Assembly (NCBI GenBank): GCA_030167865.1
Contig: JALAGF010003588.1
Coordinates: forward strand, 1-38,069
Length of the DNA: 38,069 bases
Direction of reading: 5' to 3'
Source: Craspedostauros australis
Lineage: Eukaryota
The position numbers and the translations under genes are program-made. Shown here in pieces: positions 8,672 through 19,775 of the stretch. How positions within the stretch are numbered: position 1 is the first letter of the stretch; each line of letters starts with the position of its first letter. The notes beneath the pieces are model-generated. The model had not been told where the DNA came from. It was given only the letters and a program-made list of their open reading frames with translations, and ran no database searches.

Positions 8672-11600
8672 TTGCGGTGGTGCTTGCTTCTGCGCTTTCT
8701 TGGTCTCTCCGTCTGTTTGCCTGGTCAATTGGTCAATTGGTTAATTAGTTGGCTGGTTCTCGCACTTGATCTTGGTCTTGGGTGTTGCGGTCCGAGTTTG
8801 TGTGGCTTCCTTCCTTCCTTCCGCTCCATGAGATTGTGTTGTCGCTTCTTCTTAGTTGGTTGCTTCCGGCGTCGCCCTGCAGAAATTCGAGCTGCCGTTC
8901 GTTATAGCCGTTGTGCCAGAGTTGCCGTTGTACTAACCGTTGCTGGCCACTATGCGTCTTGCTTGACTTCTTCCCTTGCTTGCTTGCCTGTTGTGTTGTG
9001 CTTGGTTGGTTGCCTGTTACCTGTGTGCCTTCACGCTGGATCTTCTGTGGCATGGAGTATTGTGCTCTGCTGCGTTGTGCTGCGTCACGTTGTGTCAAGT
9101 TGCGCAATTACAAGCACTCAGGTAGAAGTTCATGTATGGAACGAATGTGACGGCTGCAACCTCAACACAAATGAGAGTTTGCTCCGCTTCCTCTCGTGGT
9201 GGCAGCGGCACTTGTCTTGGTGCGTTTTTGCCTTGCCAGAAAATGCACGATGGGGGATTCGGATGGCCACCCACGCCGATTGCTTGTGCGCTTGAAGTTA
9301 TTGGAGTCGTTTGCCCGTGTTCACGCTGCTCCTGCCGCTACCGCCAGAGCGCTCTCTGCGAGGATACTCCTACCACTCGTGTGATGGAGGCCATGCCCAC
9401 GAGTACTAACGACGTTGATGTTGCTTTTGTGGCTGTTCTCTGACAACTTCGTATGCGAACACAGGAAGAGAGGGAGAGGGCGCAGCGCCTTTCTGTACCG
9501 TAGACGGAGACGACACCACGCACAGCACAAACGGAGAGACTATTCCACCACTCTCTTTGTTTGACTCCGGAGTCTCCCTTCTCTTCCCTCTCCTTCTGTC
9601 CTTTTGTGCTTGCTTTTGTATCTGCGATGCTGCGGTTCGCGCTGCCGTCGTTATCGCCTCTGTCGCAGGTCATTCCATCGCACTCCGCACGTCTCCCCAA
9701 ACGACAAACGCCAACGCTTCGACCTGATTGTCATGACAGAAACCATACATGTGATCGTGAGAAGCACAAACGATACTTGCGATAGGTACAAAACACCACA
9801 GTAACGGTTGACTGGACAACCGATCCATCGCCACCGGCAAGATCTCTTGGCGCCACCACGCGATCAACAATCAGCGCTTCCCAAGATGGCGCGTAACGGT
9901 TGATGTTGTCTTGGATTGATGGAGTTGGCCATCCGAAAGATGAAATGGATTCAAAGACGAGAACCACATTCAAAAAGTTTCGTCGATATTTCCACTTAGG
10001 AGTATGAAGCTGGCAACGGTCAACAATTTCAATGCATGTTACCATGGGCAAACACCATTATCCACGATTCCTTAAATGTGGGACAGCCGTTGCAATCTGG
10101 ATGAGCGCCAACTCCTCATCTTTTCCGATAATCGTTTTTTGCGATCGGCTTTTGGTTGGAGTTTCTATCTTGGGGGACGGAGTCAACCTGCAACGGGATT
10201 ATCATGACAGGGGGGCAACACGAACAGATCATTCGCAACGAAGCCAGGACTTCGGCAAAGGATTCGTGCAAAGCGAGAGCGTGCCACGAGCAGAGTGCGC
10301 ATGATGGGCAACCGCCCGAAACCGTTTGGCTCAGCTTGTGGCTGTGGCACAAGATCATGACATCCGCAAGCGTGTGGTCCAAACAACGACATGACGGAGG
10401 ATCCTACGGAAAATGAGATAGACTGTTCTTTCTATTCCGGCGGATCGCGATTGTTGGGAGGCGAGTTTCGTCGGAATGTTAACCCCGAGTTGGGGGGACA
10501 CGCACGAGGTGCGTGAGTTGTGCGGCTCAGGAAACGGGATTTCGTGTGCTGTACGCAGCGAAGGAGAAGACCACATCAAGAAGCCAGGGACGGACAAAGA
10601 AGCTCGAGGAGGAGTGGGGATGGACCAAGAGGACGCAAGGAGTGGCCAAGGAGGGAAGGAACGTGCGAGAAAGCGGCCGCACGTGCCAAGGAGAGGGATG
10701 CTCTTGCTGGTGGTGCGGACAGATTCCGCGGCCTGTCGATTCTTGACGTGCGAACATGATGGAGATGATCGCACCGCGCCTTGGATTCAAATTGCATTGG
10801 ACTGAGCATCCACATCCCAGCGATGTACAGAACTACCCATACCTCTGCATGGAGTATAGCGTGCATTTTGGTTCGCACGATGCTATTGTGCGGCGTACAG
10901 TCCACTTGGATGGCATGTATCGGTGCAACTCCTCCCACTTGATTCCTCATCTCTGTCGTCATTGTCAACATTGGGAACGTTCGCACAACTCCCGCTGCTG
11001 TTGCCATCTGGTGTAAGAATAGGGCAGTGACCTCCTTGGCTTCTACTCTCTGCTCTACACTCTACTCGATTGCTTGTCTGTCTGCTTCATCTGCCCCGTT
11101 CGCTTTGTTTTGTGATGTCATGTGACAAAGCAAGATGGTTGCATTCATACTCACGCTGTATACAGCATTGCTGTGCCGACGACGGAATGTCACAACGCAT
11201 CGGACCTGTACGGTATTATACCATTCAATAGTTGCCATCCAGGTGTGAGTGTATGTGTAGCACACTCCTCGGCTGCACTCAAGGGGCTGCCTCTTGTCTT
11301 GACCTGTACAGATGATTCGTGTCTCAACATGTGCCAAACCGGCGTTTTGGTTCTTGATTCGTGCAAGTAGCCAGCTCCTTCGTGATTGGGAGTTGCTGCA
11401 TTCGTGAGTCAATTCTTCGTTCCGACACGAAATACAGCGATTTGAAGCGGACAACACCACCAACGCGCACAATTCACACGCACACGCACACACAAACACA
11501 CACACGCCACAAGCCAGACAACATCATGGGAACTTCCTCACAAGATGACATAACTTCTGCAAGCCAATCGAAGCAAACGCACATGCACATTGGCAGAGAT

Positions 11601-11674
11601 CTAACCTTGTCATCCAAAGGAAGACTGATAGAAGAGATCGGTGCTTGAGAAATACTTGCAGAGACTGACGCAGG

Positions 11675-13444
11675 ATGAGCGGGAAAAGAGGCGAGGGCTC
11701 AAAGCAGCCACGCAAACTGACGTATTCCGCGTACGATTTCGCAGCCAGCGACGAGAGCAGTGATGATGAACCTTTCGCTCTGGAGATCAACAAGCAAAGT
11801 CTCGACGATCACACCGCCAACCCCACCGCAATAACCAATGCAGGCATATATGTCGACAGCGACAGCAGCAGCGACGATGATTTTATTCAAGTGATGCCCC
11901 CAACTGCCGCAATGCCGCAGCGAACGAATGCCGTCTCCTCGTACGCGAGTAAGATAAAGAGCAGAGCATCAGCAACATCAACGGCGCCAGCAGCAGCATC
12001 GTTGCCATCGACATTACTGTCGTCATCGTCAACGTCATCGTCGTCATTGAAGAATCAAAGACAGTGGGGTGCCTATCAAGTTCTAGATTCGTCGGACAGC
12101 AGCAACGGCAGCGACGACGATGATGGCAAAATGCCAGGGCGACCCCAGTCGGCCCTGCTGAGTCGAGGTAGGGCGGTGGCAGCGACGACGAAGACAAACA
12201 GCGCGAACAGAAGCAACCTGCAATGTAATAGTAAGACAACCAGCGGATCAACGTCGTTATCGGCAGCATCGTCGGCAACAACCGCGAGGCGGCGAAGACC
12301 ATCTCTATCCAGACCTGTGCAATCCGCACTGGCTGTCTCTGCTGCCAAAAGAGCCGAGAAGGAACGCAAACAACGCCAGCGGGAAGATGCCCGGAAGGAG
12401 CGTGAAAGGCAGCGGACGTCCAAAAAGCGACAGACCCAGCAGGCGCAGCAAGCCAACGGTCGGTTTGCGCACAAGGAGACCGTGGTGCTGATGGACCCAG
12501 CATTGCGTGAAAATGGTGAATTCGCCTTGCACACCGTGCTATCCGAGAACTTCCTGTTGCACAGCCACACCAGCAACCTCACAGGATGCAACCGCGCCAT
12601 CCAATGGATTCGAAGGGACTATGTGACGGGTGGTGCCGATGCGGCGCTGGAAGGTTTCGAGAAAGATGATCCCACAGCCTACGAGCACATCCGACGCGTG
12701 CTGGTCTTCATGGATGCAGATCAGTTCATTCCGTTGCTGCAGGGCGACGCGAGCCAGAATGATGGCAACCAAGATGATTACCCGGCCTTGAGTGATTTCG
12801 TTTCGAAGCTCATCTCGAGTTGGCAAAAGGCATGGAACACCAACACGCACCCCAAGATCAGCCTGCTGCTGTACAGAATGCAAGAAAGCCTGGATGAGAT
12901 GTGGGTGGAACGCGGCAAGACCAACACCGGCAGGACCCGCAGACGAGCAGACGCAGCAAGTGCCACCAACACGGACACGCCGCTGCCAACCGAATCCATC
13001 CTGCAGGACGCCATCCAATGGCTTCTCATCCAATTCCGCGTCGAATCCATCCACTGCACGACGCCCGAGATGCTGCAATCCGCCGTCTTCAAGATGACGC
13101 GCGCCATCGCTGAGGCACCTTACAAGACCCACGTCACGGAGCTGCAATGCATCAAGAAGATCAAGATGACAGAAGGCGCCGACCGCACCGACTTTGGCAA
13201 GGCCAAGGACACTTGGTCGCGGCAGCTGCAGTGCTTCCCGCGTCTTTCGGAGATGATGGCGCACAACGTGGTGCGGCACTTTCCGACGCCGCAGAGCCTG
13301 ATGGAGGCCTACGCCGCATGCGACGACGAGCAGCAGGCCCGGAATCTGTTGGCGGGTGTCTTCAGCAACGCGCGTCGCAACAATGCGCTGTCGCAGTCCG
13401 TGCATCGTTTCTTTCGGTCGGATGATCCGAAGGACATGGTGTGA
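11675..13444 (+). CDS. EME1: Crossover junction endonuclease subunit EME1-like (ERCC4-type domain plus C-terminal HhH), 589 aa
   Basis: Disordered acidic/Ser-rich N-terminus and basic coiled coil, then ERCC4-like region (IQWIRR...MTRAIAEAPYK) and HhH-like end WSRQLQCFPRLSEMMAHNVVRHFPTPQSLMEAY...LSQSVHRFF typical of EME1/MMS4. Confidence 0.82.
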   Translation: MSGKRGEGSKQPRKLTYSAYDFAASDESSDDEPFALEINKQSLDDHTANPTAITNAGIYVDSDSSSDDDFIQVMPPTAAMPQRTNAVSSYASKIKSRASATSTAPAAASLPSTLLSSSSTSSSSLKNQRQWGAYQVLDSSDSSNGSDDDDGKMPGRPQSALLSRGRAVAATTKTNSANRSNLQCNSKTTSGSTSLSAASSATTARRRRPSLSRPVQSALAVSAAKRAEKERKQRQREDARKERERQRTSKKRQTQQAQQANGRFAHKETVVLMDPALRENGEFALHTVLSENFLLHSHTSNLTGCNRAIQWIRRDYVTGGADAALEGFEKDDPTAYEHIRRVLVFMDADQFIPLLQGDASQNDGNQDDYPALSDFVSKLISSWQKAWNTNTHPKISLLLYRMQESLDEMWVERGKTNTGRTRRRADAASATNTDTPLPTESILQDAIQWLLIQFRVESIHCTTPEMLQSAVFKMTRAIAEAPYKTHVTELQCIKKIKMTEGADRTDFGKAKDTWSRQLQCFPRLSEMMAHNVVRHFPTPQSLMEAYAACDDEQQARNLLAGVFSNARRNNALSQSVHRFFRSDDPKDMV

Positions 13445-13661
13445 AGCTCCACGGATGAAGGGAGAGAGCGTTTTGGTGGGATTGAAAAGTCGGAGTAGAG
13501 GGAGCGTGTAACAGGATACCTTTTGGAATCACCACAAAGCCACTCCTCTAGTATTCTCCATCGCTGTTGTCTAGAACGTCTGTCTGTGAAAGTGTGTGTG
13601 TTTGGCTCTATGTCTATGTTAGTGATGATTATGAATGGATTAATAGTAGTGTTGTCGATGC

Positions 13662-15167
13662 TCAGGTGGTGGAGGGGATGATCTGAGTCAAGATGGCATC
13701 AAAGTCGGTCGCGCCGAGCGCGCGGTGGCGGTTGGCCGTGCGGCGCCTCTTGAATCGCAGACGCTCCTCGTTCTGCAACGTCGCAGACTGCGTGCGGCGA
13801 TGATGACCTCTGCAAGCAAAGGGATTGTCGGCAACGATCTCCTGAGTCAGCTGTGAGCAGCGGCGCTTCTCTCTGCGGCTGTGGGATTTGCCGCCGTTCA
13901 TGCGGCCGTGCGCGGACGAGGTGGTAAGGGACGAATCCATGTTGTAGACGGTGCCCGGGCTGCAACCTGTGCTGTCGGCCGACAAGCTTCTGAGCTTGCA
14001 TGCGTCGCTGTCGTCGGATACGCGCCGGGAAGTCATGGCGATTGGGATCTGGAGTTCTTCCTCCTGCTGGTGCAGGAGGTAATCAGGCTTGCCCACGGAG
14101 CCTTGGCCGCAGAAGAGGGCCGATGCCGCGCCCGTGTCAATCATGTCATCATCGTGGTTGCTGATCTTGGCGATGGTGGGCGGAACGACGTTCTGCAATG
14201 CCTGCACCCTGCGTCTGTGGCCCTTGGGTCTCGATGGCGCCTGCTGCTGCTGTTGCTGTAACGCGTGGGCACCCTGCTGCTGTTGACGATACCGACGCAG
14301 ACGACGTCGTCCGAAGCCCTCCGGTGATGACGACGAAGCTCTTGCCGAGAAGCGCACTGGGCTTCTTCGGTTGGCGTTGCTCTTCCTGACGTTGATGAGG
14401 AAGGGGTTGATGGCTGTACTCGTGTCCGTGGCTGTACTCGTGGCTGTACTCGTGGCGCCTTGGCTTGGCTCCATCGGCGAGGTCAGCTGGACGATCTCCA
14501 AGTCTTCCGTGGGACTGCAGGTGGTGAATCTTGCCACGTTGCTGATGAAGGAGGCGTCCGCATCGGGCGATTGCGGTTGGCTGATGGTGCCCGATGACGC
14601 TGTGGAGAGGGTGCAGTTGGTGAGGGTGGATTTGATGGAGAGGGACCTGAATGGGATTGAGACAAAGTCGCATTCTGGCGCAGTTGCACCAGAGCGCTTC
14701 TGGTGCGATTCGTTGTTGGTCGTGTTCGCTTCGATCTGCTTCGCGGGGCCTGATGTGACAGGAGCCCAGAATTGGCAACTCCGCGGCGTCGCAGTTACGC
14801 GTAAGCTCGGTGGGCTCATCGCGGTTCGTGAACCAGTGTTGTGGTTGCGGTTGCTCATGGTCGCGTTGCTGCTACTGCCGTTGCTACTGCTGTCGTTGAT
14901 GATGTCGCTGTTCCCGTTCACGCCATCTCGGCAAGAGTCAATCCCATCTCCATCTTCACCCCCATGTCGATGTCCCGTTGCATCCGCTGTCGTTGTTTGT
15001 GGTCCACGTTGTTCGCCCATCTGCGAGGGAGCCACAGGCATGGCGCTGCTGCCATGGGCAGTGACGGAAGATTTAGAGAAAGCAGAAGCTGGTCCGGATG
15101 CCGATGCCGTGGAGGCTAACGAACACCATGATGGTTGCTGCTGATGTTCTTGCTGTTGATGGTCCAT
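13662..15167 (-). CDS. Hypothetical disordered Ser/Thr/Gln-rich protein, 501 aa
   Basis: Long ATG-initiated ORF with low-complexity composition and a long CA-rich leader on the minus strand; C-terminal motif shared with the 6890..8671 protein. Confidence 0.72.
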   Translation of the reverse strand: MDHQQQEHQQQPSWCSLASTASASGPASAFSKSSVTAHGSSAMPVAPSQMGEQRGPQTTTADATGHRHGGEDGDGIDSCRDGVNGNSDIINDSSSNGSSSNATMSNRNHNTGSRTAMSPPSLRVTATPRSCQFWAPVTSGPAKQIEANTTNNESHQKRSGATAPECDFVSIPFRSLSIKSTLTNCTLSTASSGTISQPQSPDADASFISNVARFTTCSPTEDLEIVQLTSPMEPSQGATSTATSTATDTSTAINPFLINVRKSNANRRSPVRFSARASSSSPEGFGRRRLRRYRQQQQGAHALQQQQQQAPSRPKGHRRRVQALQNVVPPTIAKISNHDDDMIDTGAASALFCGQGSVGKPDYLLHQQEEELQIPIAMTSRRVSDDSDACKLRSLSADSTGCSPGTVYNMDSSLTTSSAHGRMNGGKSHSRREKRRCSQLTQEIVADNPFACRGHHRRTQSATLQNEERLRFKRRRTANRHRALGATDFDAILTQIIPSTT

Positions 15168-17842
15168 GTTGGAACTGTCCCTTCAATGCGCAATGCTTGG
15201 AGTTGCACAGTTCAGTGTAGTGTAGTGCAGCGTTCCTTGATTGGTTGGCTGTCTCTGCTGTTGTTTGTGAGTTGTGTGTGGCACGAGGATTAATGTGATG
15301 CTGTGAGTTGCCCCTTGCCTTGTGAGAGTGTGAGACTATGAGAGGTTGGAAGGAGTGTGTTGAGCTGGATCAGGACGGAGTAAAGCAGCCCGAGATAACC
15401 TGGAATGGAATAGTCGAAGGCACCGTTGGGGCAATCGTCGAAGCTTCCTATTTGTGGTCGTGCTGCTGTTGTGGTTGGAGTAACTCTTCTTGGAGCAAGT
15501 GTCCTTGGAGAGAGCGGATGGTGTGCTGTGCGTGAAACTCCACCAGGCAGAAAGTCGCGCTTGTGGTGGAAGGAGTCGGCCTTTCCTTGCGGGGTTGCTT
15601 CGTTGGTAGTCTCGCCTTCGTTGCCGTTCCTGTGGTGGCGACCACGCCCAAACCACAAGCACTCTTTACGGATTCGTCCCAGAATGTGACAAGAGCAGAA
15701 GTGCTTGGAGCAAACAGACGAGGATACTCCGCTGGCTGCGTCTTTCCACGGTTCCTTTTGATGTCCAATCGGGCCTGACTTAGCCTGTCGTTGTGTGTCA
15801 GTGTGTCAGTGTATCAGTACGACTGTGGTGATGATGATCGTGATGATGGAGTTGGACCGTCTTGGCTCCCAATTTCCAAACAACTCTGTTGCGACAATGA
15901 GATTTTCTCGCTGTCGCTGATTTATGTGGAGTATTGCGTTTCGTTGCGTGCTATCTTGTTGCGTTGATTGATCTGTCTCTGTCTTTGACGATTCTGTGCT
16001 CGCTGTTGCTCTTTTCTTGCTCCTTGATTGTTCTTTCTTGCTCCTTTGCAGATGGTTTTGGAGGCCTCGTGACAAAGCCGACAGAACCGCTCCGAACAAT
16101 TTTCAGACCGCGATGGAAGCGTTGGGTGCCTTTCTTGCCGTCCCTCTCGGACTTCGTCTCTTCTCGATGCTGTTGCTTCTTCGCTTGTGATGCACGGATG
16201 CGAGCAAATGGTGAAGACTCCGTCTTGTCTGTCCTCTATTTTTGTGCGCGGCCTCCGTTGCACGAAGGCAGGCAGGCCTCCCTCTTTTATCTTTGTGGTT
16301 GTGTTAGTCGTCGAAGTTGACAATGGGAATGTGCACGGAAGACAAGGAATTCTGTCGCATTCAGTACGATGACGACTACGATTATAGTGTCGCTCAATGC
16401 AACGCAGCACGGCCCTTTCTCTCTCAATCTGTTTACTCTTGCCTTGTGTGTGATGCAGAGCAGAGTAACGGTGCGGTGCTTCCGTATTCCAAGCAACAGT
16501 GGCGCCGAGAGCTGTGGAGCGCAACGAAGGCCTCCTCAATTGTGCCCTTTTCTCCCTTTTCTCTGTTTTCGTGTTGGTTGTGTGTCGTACCACACGAGCC
16601 ACCCATACAATTATTACCACCCGCGCTGTGTCGTGTCTCACTCCACCACAGTGCTTTTTCGCGTACATTCGCTCTATTTGCACGTTACTGCGTGCTACAA
16701 AAATACTCCACTCTCCTCTCTGCACCAATCACACTGTTCAGTCAGCCCAGAGAGAGAAACCACATTCAACTCGAAACCCCACAACAACAACCAAACTGAA
16801 CGGACGAACGAACACACCATCGCGCACGCAACGCATGGAAACTCCGAGGTATATCTGAACATTAATGGACGTAATAATACATACTACCCGTGACCAGCTA
16901 AATAAATCAAGGTTTGAAACCAGAATCACAATTTTAGGCGTCCAAAATTTATCATCTTTGGCGCCATTTTGGGAACATCACGATCGCGCCACCCATTGAC
17001 AATCTTGGTGGGAATCCGATTACGTGCCCCATCATGACGACAATGACGGCACTCTGCATGAGTCATGGGCGATGCATGCAAGTGGCGTATTCGTACTATT
17101 TACATTGGGATGGCACTCGCTATGCTTCGTGACAGAGCGGTCATCAAGACGCATGTTCTATCGTGCTCCACCCAACTACTCACTGCTCCGTGATGTGCAA
17201 CTCGGAGACAGAGAGGGACAAGCGACACGAACAACGACTGGTCATACACTCCTCAGGAGGGTTGCCGTTGGTGTTGTTGATGTTGAATCACGCGCAACAT
17301 GCTTCACGATAACATGCCCATGGGATACGATACAACAGAGCACGTAGAGCACTCGTGTGCAGGATAGTCCGCATACAGTATGCAGTCGCATGCAAACAAT
17401 GCGTAACCCAAACAGCTCTTCGCATTTCACAGTGCTGCGCTCCGCACTCAACATACCAGTACTCCCATCCGAATGCCTCCACTCAGCCAGGGAGTGATTA
17501 AGACCCGGCTTTCTCACTCAACGAGAAACACAGATCGGAAGCAATGACAAGAAGGCGCGGAGTCGCGATGAGAAATTCAGCACAGGAGTCGTGATTATTC
17601 AACATTCTCCTTCGTTCCGTGTGACAAAAACCCGAAGCCGTTCCCACACACACAAAAGTTGTCGGCAGCGATGATGGGATCGGCGATGTTGGCGAGAGGG
17701 AGGCAGGCGTTGGTGCCGTTGGTGACGATGCAGTGATGATGATCTGCGTGATGCAGAGATGACGATGACGAAAATGATGATGCGCAAGTGATGAAAGCAA
17801 CGACATCATCGACATCATCGGCATCAGCGACAACAACAGCGG

Positions 17843-19423
17843 ATGCTGCCATTGCGAGTATTCACTCCACAGATAAAGCCATTCTCCACATCACCAACAA
17901 CACCGTCACGACGGCCCATTGTTACATTGTGTCGTATACTATTATTGCATGATATGAAGTTAATCATCGACACGGATCCTGCCGGGATGATCGCAACCGG
18001 TCTGGATGTGGATGATGACCTCGCCATCATCATGGCAATGAATATGCACAAGATGGGCGCCATTCATGTTTTGGGGATGACGATCTGCTCAGGCAACACG
18101 CAGCTGTCCTTCGCGATGGCGAATGCCAAGGAACTGAGGCGCAGAATGCGATTGGATGCCGCCGTGCCAGTTCTGGCCGGTGCACCATGGTGGCCACCAT
18201 TCTCTTCCGCACGACGGTCGGATCGCAACGTATCGTGGACGCCCACCGACGCCAGCAACTTCCTCGTCGACACCATCCTGCAGCATGCACCAAATACCGT
18301 CACCATCGTATGTCTCGGGCCGTTGACGAACCTCGCCACAGCGATGCAGCAGGAACCATCGATCGTCGGCAGGATCCAAAGGATCGTCATGATGGGAGGC
18401 ATATTGCGCGACGACAGCAAATTGGATTACAACTTCCGCTTCGATCGCACGGCTGCGGCCCATGTGCTGCGGCAGGATGTTGCCAAGATCATCGTGCCTG
18501 TGGAAACCTGTGTGCAGGCAATATTTGCGAAACGATCGATGCATTGGGTTGACGCATTGTGTGATCCGAACCACGATGGAGGAAGCAGCGAGAGTCAAAG
18601 ACGAACATCAACGGATCTCGCCGTTTGTGCTTTGCAACGACGGTTATCCATTCAGCGCAGTATCATGCCAATGGCGGTTAATCCACAGTACGATGTGATG
18701 CAACCCAAGTCGGCGGAGTATGAGAATGGATTCATCCTATGGGATGTCGTGGGGCTTTTGGCATTGACGTCGCCTGAACTTTTTGGAGATTGGCAATATC
18801 ATCGCATCCACTTTTTGCCTGAGAGCAGCAACTCCACGTTTGGTTGGAATCATCCACCACGTCTCAATGCAACGCGTTTGGACGATGTTGCAGACGGAGT
18901 GCGGTGTGTGCAAGGGTTTGAAACAAGAGGAGGGCATGCACGTGGATGTGGATGTGATGTGTCAGCTGACAGAGATATTATTGATGAATCAAAACCATAC
19001 CGCACTTGCGAATCTGATTTCTCGTTCGGAGCATTGAATACAGATCGTGGCAGTGACGATTCAGAGTCAGATCTCCAGTCTCCGGCAACAGCATCGTCGT
19101 CGTCGTCGTTGTCGGCATCATCGAATTGCGAAGTGCAACTGGATTGGGCCGACATAGTGCTGGTTCCAAGAATCATTCGAAATGAAACAGATCTGCTTCA
19201 CGAAATGCACAAGTTTCTTGCAATACCCTCTGGAACGAGAACGACTGCAACTTCAACAGACACTGCTGGATCCGAGCTCTCACTTCTCACTTCGATGGGA
19301 CTGCTCCCGCACATTCTGACGATAGTCACGACATCAGTGTTGTTGATGATGCGTTTGTGCTTCTGCGTCTGCAAACGATCATTCCCAAAGAGCGCAAAAG
19401 TACGCGTAAGTTGTGGAGAGTAA
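17843..19423 (+). CDS. Nucleoside hydrolase family protein with C-terminal TM helix (start 17843 or 17954)
   Basis: KLIIDTDPAG...LDVDDD (Asp-rich Ca-binding motif with insertion), SGN, LGPLTNLA, IVMMGG, YNFRFD, ILWDVV; hydrophobic LLPHILTIVTTSVLLMM near the end. Confidence 0.85.
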   Translation: MLPLRVFTPQIKPFSTSPTTPSRRPIVTLCRILLLHDMKLIIDTDPAGMIATGLDVDDDLAIIMAMNMHKMGAIHVLGMTICSGNTQLSFAMANAKELRRRMRLDAAVPVLAGAPWWPPFSSARRSDRNVSWTPTDASNFLVDTILQHAPNTVTIVCLGPLTNLATAMQQEPSIVGRIQRIVMMGGILRDDSKLDYNFRFDRTAAAHVLRQDVAKIIVPVETCVQAIFAKRSMHWVDALCDPNHDGGSSESQRRTSTDLAVCALQRRLSIQRSIMPMAVNPQYDVMQPKSAEYENGFILWDVVGLLALTSPELFGDWQYHRIHFLPESSNSTFGWNHPPRLNATRLDDVADGVRCVQGFETRGGHARGCGCDVSADRDIIDESKPYRTCESDFSFGALNTDRGSDDSESDLQSPATASSSSSLSASSNCEVQLDWADIVLVPRIIRNETDLLHEMHKFLAIPSGTRTTATSTDTAGSELSLLTSMGLLPHILTIVTTSVLLMMRLCFCVCKRSFPKSAKVRVSCGE

Positions 19424-19775
19424 GCAACAGCATCAGTTATTCGTTCCTACTCAGACGGATAGATACGATACGATGCGATATGCAGCACATCGCTCCCACT
19501 GCAATCACACTTGTAGGTTTGTTGCGTGTTCTATTTTTAAACTGTGTTTCTTCCTTTTCGTTTGTATTGTTTCTGCTGCTGTTTGTTCAATCATCATTCA
19601 TCAATCATCGAGTCATTCATTCAAAGCGCATTCCGTCTCGTCTCGTCCCGTCCCATTTCACACATCTTCATCTCCACTTCGCTGCACACATAATAGAGTC
19701 ACTTTGCATCGCTTGACAAAACCATGCCATGCATAGCATTGCATGGTACAATCAAGTACCTTGCTGCCCGACCAT

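Noticed and set aside
9700-11400. Many 60-150 aa ORFs between the first disordered gene and EME1
   Set aside because: No motifs, no codon bias and no consistent splice pattern; treated as intergenic, though a degraded element cannot be excluded.
15922-16893. 268-aa minus ORF and overlapping plus ORFs
   Set aside because: Translations reflect low-complexity TG/CA-rich leader or promoter sequence; no family features.
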